A DNA stretch of 61,655 nucleotides, filler included, from Asterionella formosa (Eukaryota): assembly GCA_002256025.1 (NCBI GenBank). It is 15 parts of 15 records of this genome, joined end to end, with 100 filler letters (N's around TTAATTAATTAA, not from the genome) between each part and the next. Parts side by side here need not be neighbours in the genome. Positions count along the whole stretch, not along the records: positions 49,444 to 53,449 come from NKIB01013773.1; positions 53,550 to 57,553 come from NKIB01013774.1; positions 57,654 to 61,655 come from NKIB01013775.1; 12 more parts are not named here. One strand, given 5' to 3'. The notes under the pieces are model-generated. The model was not told the DNA's origin, searched no databases, and worked only from the letters and a program-made list of their open reading frames with translations. Both the position numbers and the translations under genes were made by a program. This document shows positions 49,750 through 61,655 of this stretch, one piece after another. The first letter of the stretch is position 1, and each line of letters opens with the position of its first letter.

Positions 49750-50033
49750 TGTTGGAGAATATATTTTAGGACAGAAAAGTCTCGGTATGAATTACCTACT
49801 ACAAATGGAATCGAATGAATCAAAAGAATATGGTACCAGAGAAACCTCAGAATTCGAAACAATCTACAATGCCACTAAAACCCATACCGGTAATTCTATT
49901 AAAACTCTTATGTAGGAACGATCACAATCGATTACTACAACATCATTGTTTATATCTACAGCTTATTTGGTCCCTGAACTGTCCTGACAGGATAAAAGGA
50001 AGCAATAGAGGGCTGTAGGACGCAATTTCAACA
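49750..50033 (+). mobile_element. Solo LTR (284 bp) related to the LTR at 5143-5418
   Basis: TGTTGGAGAA...TTTCAACA, alignable end to end with the contig-2 LTR. No retroelement coding sequence recognised on either side. Confidence 0.85.
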
Positions 50034-50819
50034 TTGGTGAAATCCCACTCCAAGGCAAACTACATACATGATAATATTTTTACTGCTATATACATATATC
50101 TTTATCATATAGTACTATGGTATTCCTACCAGGGTACTTCCTGCTGTAATTTAACATGGCAACTGAAGGCAACTTCCTGATATCAAATATATTCTACACC
50201 CTCTATTTCACAGATACTGGTCCCACAGCCCCATCCCTACGTGCTGCTGCAGGATCTTTTTGCCCCCACCATAATTTTGTCTTTGGACAAGGCAGCATGT
50301 ACTGTTGCCAATCTGAGAAATTCTCCTATGGACAATCATAACCGCTTTGCTTATATTGACACTCCCCAAAAGGAAGCGCCCAAAAGCACAAACAAGAAGT
50401 AAAAGCTTGAAATCTGGACATAGATGCAAAGTATATTTGGCACCTACTTCCAGCACCACCTGCATGATTCATAAAGCTTGATTCATATATCCTACACATT
50501 TGATCAAAGCATATTTCGATGATATGATAAAATGAATCAACTAATTAATAAAAGATTTGTAACATGTTAAGAATATTGTATGACTCCCGCTACAAGAATT
50601 GACATGGAAAAAATTATAAAAACAGCACATCAGGTCGTGGAAAAAATGATATCCTCATGCATTATATATATTTGAATTATGAATAAGCTTAACTGATAAT
50701 GGTATTCACATGAGGTGCGATATAAAGAGTGTCTTTGAACTATGAAATTGTTCAACTCAAGTTTATATATTTATGCATTTAATTTTTTTTTAATTTTTAC
50801 CTGACAAAGATAGATTTTA

Positions 50820-51907
50820 AATCGTGTTAAAAGGTTTCTTGTCATGCATACTACCGATAACACATCCTGAAATGAGAGATCACATCAGCCACATGACAAA
50901 GAAAACTGAAGCGACTCTACAACACAATAATAAACCTTGCGGCTGCGATAAATTGAAAATGCATCGTGAATGGAATCTAGCTATGCTATCATGTTAAGGG
51001 CAAATGCCTGGATGATCTTTTGTTGGGTACAAAAAGAAAAGTTTTTTAAATTTCGCATTTGGTGGGAAACTATCAATGTCGAAAAAATACAATTGGTAAG
51101 TGCTCTTATTGGATCGCCCATCAATATACAACCGTTAGAACATCACTGACATATGCGTTTTTAGGATAATTTTAATCAAAGAGTTTTGTTGAAATTCATA
51201 AATATCATTGATAGAACAATTTGTTGATAATGCGTACTCATGCGATATTCAACTGACATATTATTTTAAAGAATTATGCGAAAAGTTTAGTGTTGAGGTT
51301 TAAACAAAACATGGATGACGGATTATTCCTTCTCTGTGTTAGTATGATGAGAAAATCAAAATAGAAAATAAACAGAATAGCTCATGCGAATTCAGAATCG
51401 GAGCAAAGGAAAAGGTAGTTGCAGCAAAAAGTCAAACAAGTTTAGGAATCAGAGTAAAAGGGAGGCGGGAGGCAAGCATAAAGATCATTGAAGGGAGGTG
51501 TGGAGAAGCATGCATCCTCAATAGCATTGAAGGGTGGCGAGAAATATGCATCAAAAGCATTGAGGCAGTAGAAAAGGGGAACATTGGCTGGTGTTTAATT
51601 GCCCAGAGTATAGAAAAAAAATCATTTCTAGATATAGCAGTAAAATTATTGTCCATTTCAAAAAAATTTAAACAGTCATTTTGATAAGAACTACCATCAT
51701 GTTAAGATAGCATATATATGATAAAACAATGTAAATAATAGGATAATGAATTAATAAATATATGGTGTATTGTTGTCATTTATAAGTCTGCTTAAAATGA
51801 TACACTTATATTATGCATTTATCATGCAAATAAATAAATAAAATTCTGTGCCAGTTAGCATACAATACCTGTCATCTTATAGATATGATACTTTATATTT
51901 GCAGACG
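50820..51907 (+). repeat. Highly diverged, inverted copy of the intron-dense repeat family (left boundary uncertain)
   Basis: Ends GATACTTTATATTTGCAGACG, the reverse complement of the family terminus. Retains GTAAGTGCTCTT...CTGAC...TTTTTAG at 51096-51164. Confidence 0.6.
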
Positions 51908-52524
51908 TCGCCACCCACACATCATTGCTGCTCGTACCTTGACTTGCCTTGCTCCATGCTCTCTGACCTTTGAATTCCACCCAGATATCTTCCAGCCTTG
52001 TTCTGATTCCTACATTTCATCCTGACAATCAACTGCCAGGCTTCTCAATTTCATTTACCTGAAATAGCCACAAAGCTTGCCAAACATCGTTTCTGTGTCT
52101 CCCAAGACCCTTCTTATCGTCTCTCTTGCTCTCCGATCATTTCTTCATCATTCTACATTACTCATATTGATTCTTCCAATTCTCGGATTCTCATTTCAAT
52201 ACAATTCTCCCAAAAAATGACCACGCAGATTTCATGAGCATATTTGCTTCCTATTTATTGATTGGCCTTCTAGTCTACTCTTTTTACTGTTCTACATATG
52301 AGTCCAAACTCTCCAAGAGCCCTACCGAAATCGCCATGTTGCCCTTGCTCACCCTCTCCACCGTTGGTTTCTTACCTCAAAACTGTAACCCCTAAGATTC
52401 CCATAATCGACCTCACCCTCACTCATCGTCATTCCTTTATGGCCTATGTAGTCCCTCCTAGTGCTACTCCATGTACTCCATTAGATTTGAGTTTCAGTAA
52501 AAACTTGCTTTAAGATTCACTTCA

Positions 52525-52952
52525 TTTGCTGACTATTGACATGAAACCGCTGACTGCTAACTTCAAGTTGCTGACATCAAGCAACCTACTTTGTTCTTAG
52601 AAAGAGACTATCTACTGGTACTGGTATATGAGTCGTGTTTACTTTTCATATTTAAGTAGGATGGAAGCATCTTTTTGTTTTTGGGATACTGAAAGCGATG
52701 CCTTCTACACTCATACTATTGGGAGTGACAAAGAGGTACCTGGTACTCCGTACATAATCAAAAACTGTGAAATAGACATTGATGCCTGAAAAAATCATTG
52801 CTATCTACTTCTTCATATTGCTACCACCATGCACTGGTAATATCGTAAAAATGGTGACTACAAACTGCTGACTTGATTCACTGAAAATTTTGAAAAAATT
52901 GCTGACTGCTGACTGCTGACTGATGATATGAATTCGCTGATTGCTGACTTAA
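52525..52952. repeat. Two clusters of GCTGACT heptamer repeats
   Basis: GCTGAC(T) copies at ~52528-52577 and ~52866-52950, including TGCTGACTGCTGACTGCTGACTGA. Confidence 0.6.
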
Positions 52953-53716
52953 ATGTTCATTTTGACAATAAAATGACTAACGGCTTAACGTCTATGTACG
53001 CAACTATTTGAAGATTAACGGAGTGGCACAAAACTTAGGGGTTCGACAATTTTGGGGGTGTACCCCTGCCTTATCTCATATGTGAATCAATGAAAAGAAA
53101 ACAAGCAACCTTCATGCTATGTACGCTGATAACCAGACATTCCAGATCATTCATCATGCTGTGAAAAAGTTCATTGAAACAAGTTCAACCCTTTGGTGTC
53201 ATCTGGTACCAAGTCGAGGTGCTTTGACAAAGTATGAGTGGTACCAGGTGCACTACGAACCTTGACACACATTAGTCTCATCATGGAGGGAATGCCCCTT
53301 GTACCAACTTTTCGCAACATGAAGCTGGTGTTGTGAGTAACATTTATTGTTGCTAAGATGCATAGCAAATCGACCGAAACCTCCATATCCAAACGAAATA
53401 CACCGTGCCTCCATGCCAAGGTATAAGTCTGCGAAGACAGGATAAAAGTNNNNNNNNNNNNNNNNNNNNNNNNNNNNNNNNNNNNNNNNNNNNTTAATTA
53501 ATTAANNNNNNNNNNNNNNNNNNNNNNNNNNNNNNNNNNNNNNNNNNNNTTTACATAAGGTTGTTCTAGTACCGGTACTTCGTCCACTCGCTTCCAAGGC
53601 CGGGGACATAAAACTTGGATAAAAATCAAAGTGCCTCGCTATTTGTATACTGTATATACTTTTTTGTCGTTGTTCAAATCATTGCCAAATCAATACAATC
53701 AACTGGCTATTCTATC

Positions 53717-54799
53717 ATGCCAGCTCTAATACTCCTAACTGCACCGCTAGAAGATGCCCTTTTGCCTCGAATGGATGTATCAGAAGTCGCAGATCGAATC
53801 GGGGGGATGAGACAGCAAGAGGAGACTGCTTATTTATGTCACGATTACCTGGCCATAACAGCCGACGTTCGATCAACTGCTCGAAAGCCTGTTGACGAAG
53901 ACTGCCGAGTCAAGATGACAGAATGGTCATACCAAGTAGTTGATTTCTGCAAGTTTCGACGAGAGACAGTGGCCATTGGCATGTCCTTTTTGGATAGATT
54001 CCTCTCCACGCCTGCAGGAATTCACGCCTTGTTGGATCGCAAGTCGTACCAACTAGCTGCCATGACAACACTCTACATGGCAATCAAGTTGCACGAACCA
54101 ATTGAAATGGAGACATCCCTACTTGCTGATTTGTCGCGGGGTTGCTACAATGAAGTTGAGATTGCTGAGATGGAGGGCGATATACTGGAAGCTCTGCGAT
54201 GGCGAGTGATGGGCCCTACCCCACTGGCCTTCGTGCAGCACTTTCTCGCTCTGTTGCCGAGCAATATTCATGCTTCAGTGGCAAATGCCGTGATGGACTA
54301 TGCTCGCTTTCAGACGGAATTGGCGGTTTCAGATTATTCATTTGTCGTTTGCCCATATAGTCACATTGCGATGGCATCTGTTTTGAACGCTGTCGAAGGT
54401 ATAGACCGAAATCTATTTCCTCTGAAGCAACAAGGCAAGTTCCTGCGCACACTAGAAAATTTCTCTGGGATCATGGTGGAGCAAGTGGCTGAAACCCAAA
54501 CTTATTTAAACAACATCCTCGTTGATGTCTTTGCTGTTGACGAGTCACCTCAATCCTCTGTACATGCAAAGACCAGTCCAGATTCGGTTGCCCGGACTGG
54601 GATATTTCGAAGCCCATCAAAGAATCAATTTTCACAGCAACCGGGACATGCGGCTTCGCAAGTTACTGCTCAAGGACAATCTCGACAAAGAAAAACAAGC
54701 TTTAGTAACAACATTCGAGCAAAGGTTAACACGAGCCCTGTCGGTGTCGTCGCCGAGATCGGCCAGACGACAAGGTCCCGGCAACCATACATTTACTAA
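53717..54799 (+). CDS. Cyclin (diatom-specific cyclin type)
   Basis: Motifs MRQQEETAYLCHDYL, CRVKMTEWSYQVVDFCKFRRETVAIGMSFLDRFL (cyclin box), YQLAAMTTLYMAIKL, ME..IL.AL.W...GPTP. Start is ATG 53717 or the next Met. Confidence 0.92.
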   Translation: MPALILLTAPLEDALLPRMDVSEVADRIGGMRQQEETAYLCHDYLAITADVRSTARKPVDEDCRVKMTEWSYQVVDFCKFRRETVAIGMSFLDRFLSTPAGIHALLDRKSYQLAAMTTLYMAIKLHEPIEMETSLLADLSRGCYNEVEIAEMEGDILEALRWRVMGPTPLAFVQHFLALLPSNIHASVANAVMDYARFQTELAVSDYSFVVCPYSHIAMASVLNAVEGIDRNLFPLKQQGKFLRTLENFSGIMVEQVAETQTYLNNILVDVFAVDESPQSSVHAKTSPDSVARTGIFRSPSKNQFSQQPGHAASQVTAQGQSRQRKTSFSNNIRAKVNTSPVGVVAEIGQTTRSRQPYIY

Positions 54800-55050
54800 T
54801 AGAATGGCTTCCAAAAAGTCTGTCAAAAGCTATTAACAATTTGGTTTATAACATTGGAGTTCGATGTACCTTCGTGTCGCCTTTCAAATTCCGGTACGAA
54901 TCCACTAGTGATGCAGGTGAGATTGTGACTGCGAATATACCCTGTAGATAAAGGTTCACTCATCTAATTAACCAGGTGACATATCCACTGACGCGCTTGT
55001 TGGAACCGGCGACGTTAGCACTATCGCATCGTGAGACAAGTGCATGGCAT

Positions 55051-56753
55051 TTAACGACAACTTCGGCCTCGTCCCAGCTGACCACGACTATGTCCGTCAA
55101 AGCCCCGTTGCTGCTGTCCTCCTCGCTGCTGCTGATCATATCTCCGATCAAATCCACTTCCCCCGTCATCTTGGCTTGGAGTATACATGCGGGCTCCCCT
55201 GGGCGGACCGACTATTGCGGCGTAGCCATCACTCCTCTCACCTCGGTAATTGCGGGGCGGAGGTTGGCTCTTGGGCCGAGATCGGTTTTGATTTATGTCT
55301 CGTTGATGATCCCTGCCTCTGGAACTAATTTGATCGTTCAAATCTTCGGTTCTGTCAATGCAAAGCATATTGTAAGACCCAAGCAATCTAAACACGTTCG
55401 TAGCAAATCACTGTACACTTACACTGACGTAGATTCAGCACGATCAATCTCCTGCCGAACAAGGTCTTCGTCTCTGGTAAATTCTTCGAACCTTGGGCGA
55501 TCACAGTCGTAACCATGATGCCCGTTCCTACCACAATTGAAGCACGTTATGCCATCTAATCCAAAAAACCATTTCATTTCCTGACACATGAAATGGCCTT
55601 TTTGTTGACATACCATGCATATCGCATCTTCACTCGAAGCATAATTCAAATCCCTCCTACATTGCACTCGATGATGTCCACTATCAAAACAAATACCACA
55701 AACCATGCGCTTTACAGGAAAGCGCTCTTTGCAATCTCGATTGATGTGACCTGGTGCCCCACATTTGAAGCAAGTCCGACCTAGGTGACAGTCTCGAATC
55801 TCATGTCCCACCTTCCCACACAGCACACACGGTGTTGCCTTGGCTTCATTGGTGCATTTCGCCGCCAAGTGACCTACTTGGCCGCAACGATAGCACTTTG
55901 TGGAAATGTCAATTTCCCAATATCGTGCCCCGCCATTACCGACGGATTTGCGAGTTTTTTTGGGAAGCTCATCCGCTAAAGTGACGCGAATTGGGCGGCC
56001 TTGGAATGTGGTAAATTTCTGGATGCATGCGTCAGCTGATATGGTAGATTCAAACGTGATATAGGCACGCCCCATGTTACGAGGGTTTGCTGTCGCGAGC
56101 GAGTCCTTGTCCATGAGTAGATTCACATCCACTACGGCACCAAAGGCAGCGCAAGCCCTTTGGAGGGCATCTTGAGTAGTTGTGTAAGCGAGGTTAACAA
56201 TTTTTATTTTGCAGCCTTGCTTCGAATCCATCTGCGTACCAGATTCAAGACGGTCGTCGTCGTCACTTTCGCTATCGTCACTGTTGTTCTCGACATCTAA
56301 ATTGGTGGTGTCAATGTCTATTGTACGTCCCAATGCTTTGTCGAACTCCCTTTCGCGCTGACCAAAAGCCTGCAAAAACTCGTCGTTTAGGGGTATTACT
56401 TGAGGAGCTTGGACCAAACCACGCGGACGATTTGGATCAAACAATCTCGCAGCCCATTTCGATAATTTGCCCTTGGCTGCTTCTATACGATCCATCTTGT
56501 CGGGCTCGATAACCTCGGCTACCAGTGTGCCATCATGCTGCGCTCTCCTTTTTCGTGTAGGTGTCTTTTGTGGCTGATCATCGTTCATGTAATCACCAAC
56601 ATTATCATCTTCCATGCTGGGAAATGCATCCAACAGTGCTTTCTTTTCAGCGTCATTTAAATCATCCTTTTCCTGCCCTTCTGAAACTTCTGAATGAATC
56701 GACCACCCACGTTTTCGCATGGTTTCTTGGTCTACTGTATTACCCTTACCCAT
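55051..56753 (-). CDS. RRM + multiple CCHC zinc-knuckle RNA-binding protein (AIR1/2-ZCCHC7-like knuckles); exons 56753-55423 and 55351-55051
   Basis: RRM (IKIVNL, GRAYITF) and CX2CX4HX4C knuckles. A 71-nt GTAAGT...CAG intron (55422-55352) joins in frame to an R/G/Q-rich tail. Confidence 0.9.
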
Positions 56754-57653
56754 ATTCTTGACAGCTGATATGGTATTATGATATATTTAGGAATGGATAC
56801 GGAATAGAAAAGGTTTGCATCGGTACACGGCCTAGGATGTAATGTAACAACAACTCGCTACAAACATCTTCTCAAACTTCGATTTTGAAGTCAAAAAATA
56901 AATTAAAATTTATATCCTGTCTGTACCAGGGTACCTGGTAGCTGTTACCTGGTAGTACTGTAGCTAAACCCTGCCAAGCTGCCAAATAAGTGCCGGTAGA
57001 CTACCTGTATTCCGGCACCTACCGTACTGTTGTAGTGCACAACCGGAAAACTGTATTCTACGAGTAGTCCAGTTTGAATAAATATTTGTATGGTCCTCAA
57101 AGCCCGCAGTCTACCGGTATGTAGTAGTAAAAACAACTACCAGGGTATTACATATTTGCCCACATTGTTGTGCAATGGACTTCAATTTCAACATCACTGT
57201 GAAACAACTTAACCATGACAACAACAAGATCGGATGGTACAATTATTAATAAAATGTATACTTGTTAATTAAATTTCTAAGAACATACATTGTGAAGAGT
57301 CTGTACTCCTAGAATGGCAACATGCATTGGACAATTGTTGGATGTAAACAACTCATGGGACAGATACATTCCCCTCCAAGCATATCGAAAGAATACAATT
57401 TTTGCACAAAAGTGTCTGAAAATGAACAAATCATCAGTCAGGGGCGGAATTGAATTCATGACTATTCATGCCATGCAAATTTTCACACAGTCAACTAAAG
57501 GACAAGCAGTGTATTGATAAATGTCTATATGTAACTTTGAAATGACCTAGTATNNNNNNNNNNNNNNNNNNNNNNNNNNNNNNNNNNNNNNNNNNNNTTA
57601 ATTAATTAANNNNNNNNNNNNNNNNNNNNNNNNNNNNNNNNNNNNNNNNNNNN

Positions 57654-58685
57654 CCACCTTTTGCTTCTGCTGATTCACTATTCATTGAAAATATCTTGAA
57701 TAGAAACTCATCACGTTGAGTTTTTACCTTTCTTTCAAGCATCATAACATGCTTCAGCTCAATGACAAGCTGAGCATTTGCAACATGCTTGTCATTCTTG
57801 GCGGCTTTTGCCCCCATGGGACGCAACTCATACTTCAAATCATGGAGCTTAAATTTCGAATGATCCCGAACATAACCGCAACCACATTTCCACTTCGGGT
57901 TTCCTTTAAAATATGCCAACACCCTTCGAAAATAAAATCTTTGCCTAGCCTTTTTCCTTTTCCTTCCAATTTAAATAGCTCCATAGATTCTGCGATATAT
58001 TTATCCTCCATCCATCCCGATTTTGGAACACTTGTCACCTGTACAAAAAGGCCGCAGAACTTTGTGACGTCTTGATTTGTCGTTCCCCATCGAGCCGTGC
58101 ATGCAATTGACGTCCACTCCTTGCCATCCGTGATGAGACCTACATAGATCTCAAACACCCGGCCCCAAAACTTGCTTGCCTTCTCACCACCAGTCCCAGT
58201 GATTGAGTCTTCACTGGCTGCAACCCAGGAACAAGCAAGAGCCTCATCCTCTTCCTTCTCCCATGTAACACCTGAACCCATACTGACAAGGTTGAATATA
58301 TTCTGCGTATATTTATGAGTCGACACCAAACACACACTCTGATGGCTGTATTTGTACTAGTCTACATGAAGATTGTACCGAAAATGTATTGCAACTATTT
58401 ATGCACTCATTAAACCATAAACGTTAGGTTGTTGCCGGCGCAAACCACAATTTAAACCAATAGAAATGCTTCTTTTATTTGGCTACGGCCGGAGTCTAAT
58501 CGACCAAATACCTGATATTTGGTCGATAAGGGGGTCATCCTCGAACAAGACCAAAGCATATTTGGTTTTGGTTGATGCGGTGGCTAGAATATTTTTCCTT
58601 TTTTGACCAACACAACACATTATGACGTGTAATGACTCCCAACTGCAATCGGCTTGGTATTTGGTCGATGCGGTGGAGATGCTCT
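57654..58685 (-). mobile_element. PIF/Harbinger element end: TIR plus frameshifted Myb/SANT-NAM-associated accessory gene (ATG 58281)
   Basis: WEKEEDEALACSW...FWGRVF...ARW...VTKFCG...FIFEGCWHILK, then frameshifted NPKW...RPMGAKAAK. Harbinger/Tourist-type terminus GAGCATCTCCA on the minus strand at 58674-58684, with subterminal TCGACCAAATACC repeats. Confidence 0.85.
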
Positions 58686-58742
58686 TTTACATAGTCAAAT
58701 ATGATCACCCAAATGAATGGGGTGCTGGCCCAATATGGGTTA

Positions 58743-60823
58743 CCAGTTAAAAATGGCTCTGAGCCACTTAACTATATAATATTCACAATGTATACATAGA
58801 TTTATTCTAATTTTCCAGTTATGACTATTTTTAGTACGACAAAGTTGTTCCTGATCTTGCGCCGGATACAACATTTCTAGTTGTCGATTAGGTCTTGTGT
58901 TTTAGAAAAATCAGATATATGTGTCTGAAAGTAGCGATCGGCCCAAAAGAGGCAAAAATATTATACCATTGAGCCAGCATCTCCTGGAAATACATGTATA
59001 AATTTGTGTAGAAAACTTAATATCTAACATATATTTAGTTGCGTTTAACCGCCATGGACCATGTACTATAGCAATTAATGAATCAATTAGTCACTTCAAG
59101 GTTAAAAAATGGAGCCATATAATTTATGTCAGAGATCGTAATTCACAGCAGAAACTGCTTCCGACACACCAAAAATTGAGGCAAATCGCAGTCATCTCAT
59201 TAACAACGATGAAATCTTCAGCAAGAAAACAGCCTCAACCACCCAAAAAGTACAAGGTGATACCTATTTCTTTGGATAAGACTGTAGTGTTACTTTAAAA
59301 AAAAATATAGTAATGGAATTAGAAAGTTTGAAGGCAAATAACAATGACAAACTACTATATGGTGGAATATCGAATATTGTTGCATCGAAGGCGGCGACAC
59401 TGGCTTGTCAAACAAAACCTATAGTCCAGGACCATTTGTAGAAGCTAAATCAGGCGGGAAAGGCAACTAATTCACTAGTGCAATTAAATGCTACTATGAC
59501 AATAAATGATTCACAGTCGTTGGCAGGACATAGCTCATCAATTTCTAACCTGACTATAAATTCAAGTTTAAAGACGATCCAACTCATGAAATGCAAGAGA
59601 GACTTACTTACCCAAAAGGAAAGACGCCGTGCTGCAATTGCTGTTGAAAAGGAAGATATTGTTGACCTGGTGTCGAAAGCATGGGATGAATCCTCTGCCC
59701 ATATCGCTACAAACCAAAAATCTGTTGCTGAAAGGCAGAGGTTGGGGTCCATTGAACTACAACTTGTTACTCCGTCCGGAAATTCAACTGTCAAGTTCCT
59801 CAAATCTGCAAACAGAAGCAAACAATAATCAACTCGCCTCTTTCATTCCCCCATCCGGCGGACTAAACTTGAGCCAAGGCATCATTTCAACCCTTGTTGA
59901 TCAGGTCGCACAGTATCGCAATCGTGAGGACGCTAGAAACGGAATAAATCTTGACAAACTTGCCCGCCAACGAAAAGAAACAGTACTAAGGGCGAATGCA
60001 AGCAATAAACGATACACAGCCGGTCTTCATGTCGCTTCAGGCAGGTGCTTGTTGGGTCCTGAAGTGGTCGATGAACAACTAGAAGGAAGAGGCATGCGGA
60101 AGAAGTGCAGAGTGAGCGAGAGAATCGGAAAATAGGTGAACACATGGCTCTTGCAAACAAGCAGGTTTATGTAACCAGATCGCTTAACAAACAGCCAGCT
60201 GAGCGAGTGGACAGTGGCACAAACGAAAACAATGGCAACGTGGTGGTACAAGCGAGCAGGCAATATTCCATTACCAACAACAAAACAACTACTACTTACC
60301 AGATTCCATGACACCATGAGCGAGGTGTGGCGACGCTGCAGTCATACCAGTTGCAACAGCCGTAATGGCACCACTTCCTTAGCACCCTTTGGTTGCTCCT
60401 ATTGCACAACAAGATATTATGGGAGGACCACAAGCCTAAGAATGATGCAACAGCTACTGCGAAAAAAATACAAGGAGAAAGAACCAACAAGAATACCATC
60501 AGTCTAAAAACGATGCAACTACTGCGACAAAACATGCAAACGATATAATATTTTCTAAGCGTCGCCTATGAAAATAACTACAGGTACGGCAAAATTTTAG
60601 TCATTGGCTTTGAGCCACTTCGACCGATTTTGTCAATTTAAAAATGGATAGATCTCAGTTAATATGTGTTCAAATAGAGAAATGATCTATTTCTCATCTA
60701 GATTAATGAGCTAACTAGTATTATCGTGCCAAAGGGCGAAAGAGGGGATCGATTTTAGCATACTTCTAGAATTAGTTGGAAAACACTATAATACTAATGT
60801 GGCTCAAAGCCATTTATAACTGG
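58743..60823 (+). mobile_element. Tc1/mariner-superfamily (pogo-like) element with 25-bp TIRs and an internally deleted, decayed transposase
   Basis: Left TIR CCAGTTAAAAATGGCTCTGAGCCAC (preceded by TA) and right TIR GTGGCTCAAAGCCATTTATAACTGG differ at 2 positions. DDE_1-like C-terminal motifs DIVDLVSKAWDES and GWGPLNYNLL. Confidence 0.8.
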
Positions 60824-60843
60824 AATGTACATATGCAATTTTT

Positions 60844-60943
60844 GGTTGCTGCATTTCAACACTATGTTAGAGGTAGGGTTAAAAAAATAATAAGGTTGCT
60901 GCATTTGAACCCCTTGCTCGAGGTAGGGTTAAAAAAATAATAT
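60844..60943. repeat. 50-bp tandem duplication
   Basis: GGTTGCTGCATTT.AAC...GAGGTAGGGTTAAAAAAATAATA occurs twice. Confidence 0.8.
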
Positions 60944-61655
60944 TGAGTCAGACTAATCGAACACATACTTTCCACATACAAATCAATTATGTATAACACT
61001 CAACGGAGCTTTCACCAATAGACACCCTTTCCATATGCTTAAATACAGTCTTCGGACAAAGTAGGGGTTTAGGACCACTCGATATATTGTCAGTATATAG
61101 GATCTGGTCAGAAACTGCAGAAAGGAACTTCTGCTTTTTTAACTAGGCTAAAAAGACTTGAAAATTTGGGGGAAATCCGAAGTTCCTTTCTTCAGTTTTT
61201 CGCCAGAAGTTATATACTGATGCTATTTGAAAGTTACCTAGCTATGCATCTAAATCGCCATTAGACCCATCCAATGTTTAGCTATTGTTGTCCAAAAATT
61301 AGACAAAATCGGCCTTTTCTACGGTCGCCAAAATATCGGAATCAGAATTTTTAAGTGCCGAAACGTCCTCATCATCGGAATGGAAGTCGTGTGCCGGAAT
61401 TTTTAGTCATAAAATCTCCTGTCCAAAAAATTCCATTCTAAGTGCCCGCTTCCACAAATATAATATATGATTGGTGAACGTTAATTAAATTTTTTGATTG
61501 GCCTGGTTTGCGAGGTCTTGCAAACCCACCGGCCACATTGGATAAACATGTAACATTTTCTTTGGTGTACTGACAGTACGGTACCAGGGTACTATACTTA
61601 CGATGGGTATCAGTAGATGATCATCATTGGACACATGCGTACCGCTCCATGAGTG

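Noticed and set aside
51910..52500. Possible non-LTR retrotransposon remnant (pyrimidine-rich)
   Set aside because: The compositional hint is not backed by any RT or endonuclease motif.
54976..55512. 178-aa plus-strand ORF
   Set aside because: Antisense to the last exon and intron of the RRM/zinc-knuckle gene, with no domain features.
1..61655. Gene clusters or synteny across the window, e.g. pairing the Harbinger transposase (36147-37003) with the Myb/NAM gene (57654-58281), or contigs 1 and 2 as an inverted pair
   Set aside because: The contigs are joined by artificial linkers in approximate size order, so physical linkage cannot be inferred.

Overview
Eukaryotic, almost certainly diatom, DNA rather than prokaryotic DNA. 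Evidence: spliceosomal introns of 70-100 nt, a diatom-type cyclin, CoDi-like Ty1/copia elements and a diatom-type TM-LRR protein. The window is an artificial concatenation of 15 unplaced contigs of ~4.0 kb joined by 100-bp linkers (N44-TTAATTAATTAA-N44), so adjacency across linkers means nothing biologically. Host genes: CAP/Srv2 (2 introns), a TM-LRR protein, an Old Yellow Enzyme, a cyclin, an RRM + CCHC zinc-knuckle protein (1 intron), a secreted Pro/Ser/Thr/Lys repeat protein, an ARM-repeat gene, and a membrane protein with a decayed paralog. Most of the rest is mobile DNA: three Ty1/copia families plus a solo LTR, PIF/Harbinger transposase and Myb/NAM genes, a TIR-bounded pogo-like element, and a Crypton-type tyrosine-recombinase element. 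The two most unusual observations are (1) a dispersed repeat family on at least 4 contigs containing a run of conserved ~80-nt GT-AG introns around 20-60-nt micro-exons with no convincing ORF, and (2) a CryptonF-like (NDC10-type YR + GCR1_C) element in a diatom. All homology calls are from motif recognition by eye; no searches were run.
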